Origin: a bacterium
GTDB taxonomy: Bacteria; UBP7; UBA6624
Direction of reading: 5' to 3'
NCBI GenBank assembly: GCA_002716355.1
Contig: PBAU01000005.1
Span: forward strand, 80,425-112,424
DNA: 32,000 bases
Under the pieces are notes generated by a model. That model was not told the DNA's origin. It ran no database searches and saw only the letters and a program-made list of their open reading frames with translations. Shown here piece after piece: positions 1 to 7,518 of the stretch. The position numbers and the translations under genes were made by a program. Each line of letters starts with the position of its first letter. The stretch's first letter is position 1.

Positions 1-750
1 TGCTTCTGAACCACTTGTGTCTCCGCCGCCACCTGGATCATCTGGATCATCCGGATCATCAACTGGCAAACATCCCTCTGGATTGCCACATGGGTATTTA
101 CCTGAAGCATCAGTGGCATCATGGTGTCCTCGTGGATCATAATGAACACCTGATCCGAAATTATTAAGACCTGGAGGGTCGGGTGGAGTGCTGTAATTCA
201 TAACAGATTGAAAATCCTCCAAACCTTCAGGTGGACCAAAACCATCAAAAGGATGTGCAAAACCAGCACAGTGACCAAATTCATGAGCAGAAATTGATCT
301 TACTCTTTCCTGGCTCCAGTTATTGGCTCTATTTTCATGCATTTCAATATCACATTCAACCATTTGCCCTTGTCCATTCCATGTAAACACTGCCCAACCA
401 GCAGCACCGCCTAAATCATCACAAACTGACCAGTCCCACTGGTTGTTTCCAAAATCTGGACATCTCGGAGCGTCATCAGCAACATAAACACCATCAAGGT
501 CAGCAGTTTCAATCCACTGCCACCAAGTCATTCCCTCTTGAGATAAAACTTTCCATTCCTCTTGAGTGAAGCTGCTTCCAGAATAATTGGGATTGAAATG
601 AAACTCTAAAGGACTTGTTGCCTTTACCCCACCACTGCTGTTGTATTCATGAGTGGTTACACTCTGAGGGAACGCGATTGCTATAGCAACAACAATCGGA
701 AAAATACAAAGAAAGAGAAAATAATTAAACTTAAAATTCTTTTTAGCCAT
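1..750 (-). CDS. Secreted matrixin/serralysin-like zinc metalloprotease (metzincin), N-terminal 250 codons; C-terminus lies beyond the window edge
   Basis: Absent from the ORF track because there is no stop in the window. Reverse translation from ATG 750..748 gives MAKKNFKFNYFLFLCIFPIVVAIAIA (signal peptide), then GAAGWAVF..ECDIEMHEN..W, then SAHEFGHCAGFAHP (HExxHxxGxxH zinc site, codons at 285..253), then SVMNYS (Met-turn), then VDDPDDPDDPGGGG linker. The start shares one base with the stop of the upstream cistron (TAATG). Confidence 0.8.
   Translation of the reverse strand, partial: MAKKNFKFNYFLFLCIFPIVVAIAIAFPQSVTTHEYNSSGGVKATSPLEFHFNPNYSGSSFTQEEWKVLSQEGMTWWQWIETADLDGVYVADDAPRCPDFGNNQWDWSVCDDLGGAAGWAVFTWNGQGQMVECDIEMHENRANNWSQERVRSISAHEFGHCAGFAHPFDGFGPPEGLEDFQSVMNYSTPPDPPGLNNFGSGVHYDPRGHHDATDASGKYPCGNPEGCLPVDDPDDPDDPGGGGDTSGSEA
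34..60. repeat. Three tandem 9-bp units (tggatcatc, tggatcatc, cggatcatc) encoding (Asp-Asp-Pro)x3 in the metzincin linker
   Basis: Read directly at 34-42, 43-51 and 52-60. On the minus strand they read GAT GAT CCN three times, followed by Gly4. Confidence 0.9.
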
Positions 751-1427
751 TACTCTTCGCCCTCCTCAAAATCGATTCCCCGCAACAGTGAAAGCATATT
801 TTTTTCCTGGACTAAAAAAGCATCCAAGGTTATAGGAGATCCATCTTGAGCAGTTTCTCCAAAATCAGCGTCAACTGCCATTGTGCCTATCTCCATAATT
901 TCCAAAGGGCTATCAGTAACCTCTCTAGAAATAAAACCCTTGACAGGGTAAACGCCCTCAAAACCATAAACTCTTGCTACGCCATTATTGTCTGGAATGA
1001 CCCTATAAGCACCATTGCTAAAACCAACAACAGGAACAGCTATGTTTCTAGCATCTCTATTCCATAAATGCAATACATAAACTTCACCTGGGAAAAATTG
1101 AGGGTGACCAGATATCCTGGTTGTTAAACCATCAAAAACACCACCTGGATGATCAATCTCAATGTAAACATTATCCCCAACCTGCTGATATGTAGCAAAA
1201 TTTTCTATATTCTTCATCAAATCCTCTTGAACCTTGATTGTTACATATGTTCTTTTCCAGAATCTTTCAGAAGGATCTATGCGATATTCATAAGAAACAA
1301 CCTCACCTAAAACTGCAAAATCAGTCGCTCTAACTTGCTCTTCCAGGGAAAGATTGCTGAATGTATGAGTGTCTAACCTCAAAACACTTACCAAGAAAAC
1401 TAAACAAAAGATAAAATATTTTTTCAT
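750..1427 (-). CDS. Secreted protein of unknown function (signal peptide, beta-rich, acidic C-terminal tail GIDFEEGEE)
   Basis: The ORF track gives 750..1433 (TTG). I prefer ATG 1427..1425, which has AAGGAG (1441..1436) 8 nt upstream. The N-terminus MKKYFIFCLVFLVSVL is hydrophobic. I recognise no family motif. Stop TAA (752..750) overlaps the ATG of the metzincin. Confidence 0.7.
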   Translation of the reverse strand: MKKYFIFCLVFLVSVLRLDTHTFSNLSLEEQVRATDFAVLGEVVSYEYRIDPSERFWKRTYVTIKVQEDLMKNIENFATYQQVGDNVYIEIDHPGGVFDGLTTRISGHPQFFPGEVYVLHLWNRDARNIAVPVVGFSNGAYRVIPDNNGVARVYGFEGVYPVKGFISREVTDSPLEIMEIGTMAVDADFGETAQDGSPITLDAFLVQEKNMLSLLRGIDFEEGEE

Positions 1428-1461
1428 AACCAATACTCCTTATTGTTGCTTAAACCTAGAA

Positions 1462-1490
1462 ATTATAAACACAAATTGAAGATATTTGAA
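1462..1490 (-). promoter_or_regulatory. Candidate sigma70-type promoter for the secreted-protein/metzincin bicistron (TTCAAA-N17-TATAAT)
   Basis: On the minus strand the -10 TATAAT is at 1467..1462 and the -35 TTCAAA at 1490..1485, with a 17-nt spacer. It lies about 35 nt upstream of ATG 1427. Sequence match only. Confidence 0.4.
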
Positions 1491-1508
1491 GCAATGAAGC
1501 CTCGAAGT

Positions 1509-1526
1509 ATGATTACGCATAATCAT
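1509..1526. promoter_or_regulatory. Perfect 7-bp inverted repeat ATGATTA-cgca-TAATCAT immediately upstream of ATG 1532 (possible operator or 5' hairpin)
   Basis: Read directly: arms at 1509-1515 and 1520-1526, with a 4-nt loop. Located in the 98-nt divergent intergenic region. Confidence 0.35.
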
Positions 1527-1531
1527 AGATT

Positions 1532-2179
1532 ATGAATGAACTCAATTCCTTTTCGATTTTAACCTGGAACCTAACAGCAGCTTGGATGGTTTTCCAAGCT
1601 TACAGAATGGGCTTCAAGCTCATTGAGTATATTGCTGCAATCGGGGTGCTTTCAGTCATACTTGTTGGTTGGGGCCTAAGCACAAATGCCGAAAGGCCTG
1701 AAATTATGCTTTTTGGAGTCCTGGTGAGCACATTGCTTGGAACAGTTGCCCTATTGCTGATTATGAATTATGGGGAATCCAAGAATAGCGGTTTTGGGGC
1801 AATCCACATGACAAGCATAAGGTCTTCAAAATCAGTCAATGCGACATATAGGAAAAACCTGTATGTGAAAAAATCTTTTCAAGTATGGGTAAAAAACAAA
1901 CCCAACCCATTTACAGGCATGCCTGAACATGGTCGTGATCACGAATTTGAAAAATTATGGACAGAAGGTGATGTGGAGGGATGTCGCTTCAGGCTAAACG
2001 AAATAGGCATAGAGGGTTATGAGCCTGAAAATGAAATTTATAAATGTTGGATCAAGTATGCTGCTGAAATAGCAGAATTCGACAAAGCTGTCATGAAGGG
2101 ATACAGAGGCAAAAAAGTTTACGGCATCGAGGATGATCCTGCAGGTGCCAAAATAGACCATTGGCAGAAACGGGATTAA
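1532..2179 (+). CDS. Membrane-anchored hypothetical protein (2-3 N-terminal TM helices plus a ~135-aa soluble C-terminal domain)
   Basis: 215-aa ORF with hydrophobic segments YIAAIGVLSVILVGWGL and IMLFGVLVSTLLGTVALLLIMNY. I do not recognise the C-terminal domain (..PEHGRDHEFEKLWTEGDVEGCRF..). No SD sequence. Confidence 0.55.
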   Translation: MNELNSFSILTWNLTAAWMVFQAYRMGFKLIEYIAAIGVLSVILVGWGLSTNAERPEIMLFGVLVSTLLGTVALLLIMNYGESKNSGFGAIHMTSIRSSKSVNATYRKNLYVKKSFQVWVKNKPNPFTGMPEHGRDHEFEKLWTEGDVEGCRFRLNEIGIEGYEPENEIYKCWIKYAAEIAEFDKAVMKGYRGKKVYGIEDDPAGAKIDHWQKRD

Positions 2180-2229
2180 TCCTGTTCAAGAAACTTCTCC
2201 AATAATAGATAAACTCTATTGTTTGCATG

Positions 2230-2529
2230 TTACTCGCGCGAAAAATTAATGATTGAGCCTAGGTACATCAAAATGCCAAAAATAAAAAATGTACCAAAGC
2301 TCATCATCACAATAAACATAAGACCTTCTACAGGTCCCATTGTTTTGAAAAAGTCTGAATTGATGGCGTCTGAAACACCAAACGCAACAATAACCCAACC
2401 AAAAAAGCCAAATAAAGCAATTTTTTTTTGGCTTGAGTCTGAATTGCCACATAAGTAAAGATATATTTGTTTTGAAAATATGAATGTCAGATACAAACCT
2501 ATTGTTAAAGATATAAAACCAATTTCCAT
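2230..2529 (-). CDS. Small integral membrane protein (99 aa, about 3 TM helices), unknown function; last cistron after aroQ
   Basis: The ORF reads MEIGFISLTIGLYLTFIF...IALFGFFGWVIVAFGV...GLMFIVMMSFGTFFIFGILMYLG. ATG 2529 lies 7 nt after the aroQ stop (2537..2539). It looks more protein-like than the overlapping plus-strand ORF 2219..2458. Confidence 0.55.
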   Translation of the reverse strand: MEIGFISLTIGLYLTFIFSKQIYLYLCGNSDSSQKKIALFGFFGWVIVAFGVSDAINSDFFKTMGPVEGLMFIVMMSFGTFFIFGILMYLGSIINFSRE

Positions 2530-2536
2530 TGTGATG

Positions 2537-2965
2537 TTAAGAGTCGGTTAAAAACCTGATGGCCATTTTATAACCTTCAAACCCAAAACCAGATATTACA
2601 GGTTGCCCTGCATCAGCAGTAACAAGCTGTTTCCTCCATGATTCATCTCTTGAATGAACAGCTGACAAATGCACCTCAACAACAGGAATTGCCAAACCCT
2701 TTAAGGCATCACGTATTGAAAATGAACTATGAGACAATGCTCCTGGATTGATGATCAAGGCTTCAAAAAGCACTGCAGAATCATTTATGCAGTCAACAAT
2801 AGAACCTTCTTCTGAAATGTTCTTGAAAGTCAAAGAGATATCTTTTGATTTTGCCCAAGCGTCAATAGATGATTTTTGATCAGATGATGAAATGCCACCA
2901 TAAGTTTCAGTTTCACGAATGCCAACCATATTCAAATTAGGGCCTTCAAGAACCAATATTTTCAT
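2537..2965 (-). CDS. aroQ: 3-dehydroquinate dehydratase, type II
   Basis: MKILVLEGPNLNMVGIRETETYGG... and INPGALSHSSFSIRDAL..PVVEVHLSAVHSRDESWR are classic type II DHQase motifs. I chose ATG 2965 over the upstream ATG 2983 because the N-terminus then matches the family. It overlaps the aroK-aroB stop as ATGA (2965..2962). Confidence 0.9.
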   Translation of the reverse strand: MKILVLEGPNLNMVGIRETETYGGISSSDQKSSIDAWAKSKDISLTFKNISEEGSIVDCINDSAVLFEALIINPGALSHSSFSIRDALKGLAIPVVEVHLSAVHSRDESWRKQLVTADAGQPVISGFGFEGYKMAIRFLTDS

Positions 2966-4470
2966 GATATCAAGTCTAACCATTTTTCGGCTGGAGGGTT
3001 TGTCAAATTGGAAATTTCAAAATCCCCAATTGCTTTCGGATACACAACATTCAAGCCTTGGGATGTCCATTTTTTGTCCTTTTGGAGAGCTTCAAAGAAA
3101 GAAGCTTTATCTATATTGAAATGTTCAATGTTTGTTGGAAGACCTGCCCTCTCTAACATATCTTGGATAATCCCAGCTGTTCCTGTTTCAGATAATCCTT
3201 CCATCTCGGACCATTTTGACATTGCGACCATGCCAAGCCCAACCGCTTCACCGTGTCTTATTTTTTCGGATGAAGACAGTTCGATTGCATGTCCAACTGT
3301 ATGCCCAAAATTCAAAAATATTCTTTGATTATCGATGTCATAAGGGTCTGCATCGACATACTCGCACTTTAAATTAACAACTTTCTTTATGTATGAATCC
3401 AATTTAATAAGATTTTGATTTTTGAGAGATTTGATATCTTTATAAACAGCTGAAAAAAGCTCTTCATCAAGGCAACTCATTTTTATCATTTCAGCCAAAC
3501 CACTTAAATATTCTTCATGTTTTAAAGTCGGCAAAAACGAAGAATCTATTCTTATCGATTTGGGCATCTGGAAATTTCCCACAAGGTTCTTTGCATTGCC
3601 AAAATTAACAGCAAACTTACCTCCTATTGAAGCATCTACCATACTTAATAAAGTGGTCGGTATAAGATGAACAGGAACGCCTCTTAAATGTATAGAGGCT
3701 GCAAAACCAACGGTATCAGAAATTGCGCCACCACCCATAACCACTACAGAGCCATCTCTGGATAGCCCTGCTTGGTTGAAAAAATCTAACAAACCATGGA
3801 TGCTTTTGTATGTTTTTGAACCTTCTCCACCTGAAAAATTCAAAATTTCATTACAACCTTTTGGGAACGCGAAAAGATAACCAGAAACATCGTTTTCAAT
3901 TACCCCAACAGAATTATCCTCATCAATAGAGTGATTGGAACTACCCCATCCCAAAATAATGTTATGCTGTTTATTTATTATTTCTATACCAGCATTCAAG
4001 GTTCTCAAAACTAACGATACAACTTCTCCGATCTGTTTGTTTCCGGTATTGATCTTCAATCCTAACGACTGCTCCCCTTCTCTTTTCTGGTAAAGCTCTT
4101 CTCTCTTTTCCCAAAGAGGCCTGCCTGAACCATTTTTAATCCTTTTTTCAATTTCAGACATAGGGGCAACAAGCCTTACAAGGTGTTGTGAAATAAGAAT
4201 ATTTTTTATTTCTGGATTCTGATCTGAACCACCACCTAAAGAAATGACATTACCGGAATCTGCTAATCTGGATATGATCTCAAATTCTTTTTTTCTAAAA
4301 ATCGATTTACCAAATCTAGAAAAAAAATCCTCTACATTTTCACAATTTGATTCTTGACATATTAAAAAATCTGTATCTATGAACCTTCTTCCAAGATATC
4401 GTGCAACCTCTTTTCCAACTGTAGTTTTTCCAGTCCCCATGAAACCAGCAATAAAAATTGTTTTCTTCAC
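2962..4470 (-). CDS. aroK/aroB: Bifunctional shikimate kinase / 3-dehydroquinate synthase (AroK-AroB fusion)
   Basis: The N-terminus IFIAGFMGTGKTTVGKEVARYLGRRFIDTD carries the P-loop of shikimate kinase. The C-terminal ~340 aa carry DHQ synthase motifs: GGEGSKT, MGGGAISDTVGFAASIHLRGVPVHLIPTTLLSMVDASIGGK, NFGHTVGHAIE and HGEAVGLGM. Preferred start is GTG 4470, which overlaps the aroC stop (GTGA). The track's TTG 4485 is the alternative. Confidence 0.9.
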   Translation of the reverse strand: MKKTIFIAGFMGTGKTTVGKEVARYLGRRFIDTDFLICQESNCENVEDFFSRFGKSIFRKKEFEIISRLADSGNVISLGGGSDQNPEIKNILISQHLVRLVAPMSEIEKRIKNGSGRPLWEKREELYQKREGEQSLGLKINTGNKQIGEVVSLVLRTLNAGIEIINKQHNIILGWGSSNHSIDEDNSVGVIENDVSGYLFAFPKGCNEILNFSGGEGSKTYKSIHGLLDFFNQAGLSRDGSVVVMGGGAISDTVGFAASIHLRGVPVHLIPTTLLSMVDASIGGKFAVNFGNAKNLVGNFQMPKSIRIDSSFLPTLKHEEYLSGLAEMIKMSCLDEELFSAVYKDIKSLKNQNLIKLDSYIKKVVNLKCEYVDADPYDIDNQRIFLNFGHTVGHAIELSSSEKIRHGEAVGLGMVAMSKWSEMEGLSETGTAGIIQDMLERAGLPTNIEHFNIDKASFFEALQKDKKWTSQGLNVVYPKAIGDFEISNLTNPPAEKWLDLIS

Positions 4471-5573
4471 TTGCTTTTCAACCAATCCGGAAAACTTTCT
4501 AAATAATCATTCCAGCGTTTTTGCCATTCATCAAAAGTTCCCCTGCCCAACATTGAACCAAAAGCTTCAAGAACTATCAAGGATGACAAAGCTTTGGCGA
4601 TTACACTCACTGCAGGCATTACAACAATATCACTTCGAATATAAGGAGCATCTACTGGTTTTCCCGTTTTCAAATCAATTGACGGAAGCGGTTTTTTCTG
4701 TGTTGCAATTGGCTTGGACCATAAAGTCACATCGACAGGTTTGCCATTTGTTCTTCCACCTTCAAGGCCTCCTGCATAATTGCTATCACTGTTAGGTAAA
4801 TCATGCGCTTCACTACCTTTTTTCTGAAAGGTTTCAAGCCCATCGCCAAAAGTCAAACCCTTGACTGATGGAATGCTCAAAAGAGCTTGACCTAACCTTG
4901 CAGAAAATTTGCTCATTGGCATATCAGCTTCGCCTAATCCAGGAGGTAAATTTTTTATGGATAGAAAAATCGAACCACCCAAGGTTGTTCCTTCTTTTGC
5001 AGCTTTTCTTATAGCACCTTTAACATTTTCATATTTGTTTTCATCTGGCCAATTTAAATCATTATCAATATCTGCACTCAACCTTTCTGCAACAATGTTG
5101 CCAATTGACTTGACACAAGAAAAGACTTCAATATCGGAAATATCTTTTAGCAACGCAAGAGCTATTCCACCCATCGCAGTCCTTATTGCAGTCTCTCTAG
5201 CGCTTGCCCTTTCAGCGATTGCCTTTGGGGGCATTCCTGTCCTTAAGCTGCCTGAAAAATCAGCATGGCCGGGCCTAACAGACCAATCATCATTTTGAGG
5301 AGGGTCCTTCTTTCCTTTGTTGTCTATTCTGATTAAAAGTGGCGAACCAACACTTTTGCCTTTCCATGAACCACCTATGATTTCAACTTCATCATGCTCA
5401 AAAGCCTGTCTTTCACTACGTCCAAAACCTTTAGATCTTTCTTGCAATAGCTGATTGGCTAATGAAACATCTATTAACCATCCTGGAGGCAAGCCGTAAA
5501 TAACACCAATCAAACAATCCCCATGAGAATCACCGGCTGTTGCCCAATGTATACCGCCTTTATAAGTCTTCAT
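4467..5573 (-). CDS. aroC: Chorismate synthase
   Basis: ..WATAGDSHGDCLIGVIYGLPPG.., RPGHADF and RASARETA are chorismate synthase signatures. Preferred start is ATG 5573, which overlaps the aroE stop (ATGA). The track's start at 5582 is GTG. Confidence 0.92.
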   Translation of the reverse strand: MKTYKGGIHWATAGDSHGDCLIGVIYGLPPGWLIDVSLANQLLQERSKGFGRSERQAFEHDEVEIIGGSWKGKSVGSPLLIRIDNKGKKDPPQNDDWSVRPGHADFSGSLRTGMPPKAIAERASARETAIRTAMGGIALALLKDISDIEVFSCVKSIGNIVAERLSADIDNDLNWPDENKYENVKGAIRKAAKEGTTLGGSIFLSIKNLPPGLGEADMPMSKFSARLGQALLSIPSVKGLTFGDGLETFQKKGSEAHDLPNSDSNYAGGLEGGRTNGKPVDVTLWSKPIATQKKPLPSIDLKTGKPVDAPYIRSDIVVMPAVSVIAKALSSLIVLEAFGSMLGRGTFDEWQKRWNDYLESFPDWLKSK

Positions 5574-6277
5574 AAAATCCACCTGAAATAAGCATATCTT
5601 GCCTGATTTTCAAACATGCCCCTTCCATTTATGGTATTTAAATTGGCTAATTCAGCCAATTCAAGAAATTTTGACTTTTTTTTATAATTCAAATCCCAAG
5701 CATAAACACAATTCTTAAACATCGAAAAATTATCATAAGGCAATTCAACAGGAGTTGCATTAACTATCCCAAAAACATTTTCTGAATGATTTGAAAAATC
5801 TTCATAATTTATGATTTGGAATCTAGAAGGTTCATCTTTTTTGTTTCTAGAAACAAGAATTGGCTTGCAACCGTGACTCAATAAAGCATCACAACATGCT
5901 CGGCCAGCTCCACCAGAACCTAAAACCAACCATGTTCCTGTTTTTGAAATATTCCTCTTTGAAAGCTCGGCACCAAAACCTAAAGTGTCTGTGTTGTCCC
6001 CTATTAAAAGATTTCTTTTCCAGTAAAGAAGATTGACTGACCTGCATCTAATAGCTTCTGGGGTTAACCAGTCCGCAGAAGAATAAGCAATATCTTTAAA
6101 CGGAGATGTAACGTTAGCTGCAACCAAGCCATTCATCAAAAAAATAAACTGTCTTTTTGTCAGTGATTTTTTTTCGATTGGTATATATCTAACAATATTT
6201 CCAGCTAACTTTTTATTATGGAATTCTGGAGATGCAGAATCACTAACTGATGAACCTATGATTCCAATTTTCCTCAT
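5570..6277 (-). CDS. aroE: Shikimate 5-dehydrogenase (short, 235 aa)
   Basis: Motifs SPEFHN, NVTSPFK, GDNTDTLGF and VLGSGGAGRA. ATG 6277 overlaps the aroA stop (ATGA). Confidence 0.85.
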   Translation of the reverse strand: MRKIGIIGSSVSDSASPEFHNKKLAGNIVRYIPIEKKSLTKRQFIFLMNGLVAANVTSPFKDIAYSSADWLTPEAIRCRSVNLLYWKRNLLIGDNTDTLGFGAELSKRNISKTGTWLVLGSGGAGRACCDALLSHGCKPILVSRNKKDEPSRFQIINYEDFSNHSENVFGIVNATPVELPYDNFSMFKNCVYAWDLNYKKKSKFLELAELANLNTINGRGMFENQARYAYFRWIL

Positions 6278-7518
6278 TTAATCATCACACCTAAAGATTT
6301 AAATGTTTCCACCCACCCTGGAAAAGCAACATTTCCCATTTCTGGATTCTTTATCTCCACACCATTTTGACTGCAGGCACCCGCAACTGCTGCAGCTAAA
6401 ACAATCCTATGATCAGAACAATCTTCCAAGACTCCACCCTTGATGCTGCCTTCTTTTCCATAGATGATCAAATCATCTCCTTTTATTTCTGCATCTCCAC
6501 CAAATGATTTGACCAACTGACAAGAGCTTAGAAGCCGATTTGATTCTTTGTTGCCAAGCATGCCGCCTGTTTCAAAAACAACTTTGCAATTTGAATTACT
6601 GCATAAGATTGCCGCTAAAGGAACCTCGTCAATCATGTCCATAAGATCTTGACTTTGAATCTTCAATTCACGGAAAAGATGATCTTTTTTTGAGTTTACA
6701 GTAACTGTTCCAATTGATTCAGGCCATTCAGATTCTTTAGACACCAATACCTCTCCTCCAAGTTTTTCTATCAATCTAAGCAACCCGGATCTTCTTTTGT
6801 TGGTGAGAATTTTTGAATACATACGTGATCCAGGTGTGAGTGATGCAAGAGATGCGATAACAGCAAATGCAGAAGCATCTGGAGGTATATCAATCCATAC
6901 AGGTTCATTGTTTGTTCGTTTTTTAGGCCAACAGTCTGCCCAAGCATACATCCTTTCTGAGTGATCCCTGCTTAAAGGGGATTCTTTCCATGAAAAATTC
7001 AATCCAGTATTTGCAGATGCGATAATCAAAGCACCTTTTCTAGTTCCGCTACCAGGGTTGATATCTAAATCAAAATCACCTTTTATCTTGCCTGATGTGG
7101 ACACTGGAAAAAAACCATTATTGGACTCAACGCTTACTCCCCAATTCCTCAAATCCTGCTCAAGATCTCCAACTTTTCGAGAATTAAGATTTTCGTCTCC
7201 ATAGATATGCGCATTAATACCATTTGATGCTGCCCATCCCAAAGCAAACCTAGCAGTAGTTGCAGAATTTCCAGCATCTATTTTGATAGATTCTGGATTT
7301 GATTTAGGTGGAGAAAGCTTAAGGCTTCCTCTATATCTCATTATCATCGCTCCAAACTTTCTTATAGTCTTTAATGCGCTTCTTGCATCTCTGCCTAATG
7401 ATTCATTATTGACGATTACAGGATGCATTAAACTTAAAAAGTATGCTCTTATTGTTATTGATTTATCACCAGGTATCTTGACCCTGCCGATTAGATTTTT
7501 ACTTGGCAATACTTTCAA
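6274..7518 (-). CDS. aroA: 3-phosphoshikimate 1-carboxyvinyltransferase (EPSP synthase)
   Basis: An N-terminal G.V.IPGDKS motif (RVKIPGDKSITIRA), overall length and a two-domain pattern (..DHRIVLAAAVAGA..). The start is TTG 7518, which overlaps the stop of the upstream amidotransferase (TTGA). Confidence 0.88.
   Translation of the reverse strand: MKVLPSKNLIGRVKIPGDKSITIRAYFLSLMHPVIVNNESLGRDARSALKTIRKFGAMIMRYRGSLKLSPPKSNPESIKIDAGNSATTARFALGWAASNGINAHIYGDENLNSRKVGDLEQDLRNWGVSVESNNGFFPVSTSGKIKGDFDLDINPGSGTRKGALIIASANTGLNFSWKESPLSRDHSERMYAWADCWPKKRTNNEPVWIDIPPDASAFAVIASLASLTPGSRMYSKILTNKRRSGLLRLIEKLGGEVLVSKESEWPESIGTVTVNSKKDHLFRELKIQSQDLMDMIDEVPLAAILCSNSNCKVVFETGGMLGNKESNRLLSSCQLVKSFGGDAEIKGDDLIIYGKEGSIKGGVLEDCSDHRIVLAAAVAGACSQNGVEIKNPEMGNVAFPGWVETFKSLGVMIK

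Noticed and set aside
454-468. PRCPD in the metzincin resembling the MMP cysteine-switch motif PRCGxPD
   Set aside because: The motif lies at residues 95-99, inside what aligns by eye with the catalytic domain, after the first strand-helix-strand unit. It is not at the end of an N-terminal pro-peptide, and it is shorter than the canonical motif. The resemblance is probably coincidental.
1-750. Apparently higher G+C in the metzincin gene as a sign of horizontal transfer
   Set aside because: My hand counts (about 35-55% per 60-nt line) overlap the range seen in core genes such as P5CDH and valS (about 42-47%). I cannot compute a proper window statistic, so the evidence is insufficient.
649-1067. 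Plus-strand ORFs 649..849 and 846..1067
   Set aside because: They are antisense to the secreted-protein/metzincin bicistron, which has a promoter, an SD sequence, signal peptides and catalytic motifs.
2421-2429. T9/A9 homopolymer as a possible phase-variation switch
   Set aside because: It encodes Lys-Lys in an AT-rich genome where such runs are common (for example the T8 run at 5676..5683 in aroE). There is no evidence of a contingency locus.
2219-2458. 79-aa plus-strand ORF and 68-aa minus-strand ORF (2246..2452) overlapping the 99-aa membrane ORF
   Set aside because: The 2230..2529 minus frame gives three clean hydrophobic helices and starts 7 nt after aroQ. The alternatives have odd composition and no start-site signals.
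3008-5298. Long ORFs antisense to aroK-aroB and aroC (3008..3328, 4379..4795, 4909..5298)
   Set aside because: These are shadow frames opposite strongly supported genes, with low-complexity Ser/Pro/Leu-rich translations and no start signals. The same applies to similar antisense ORFs opposite the ACAD gene (11561..11968), P5CDH (19378..19785), tig (27912..28340), the TolC-family gene (18169..18552) and valS (25427..25774).
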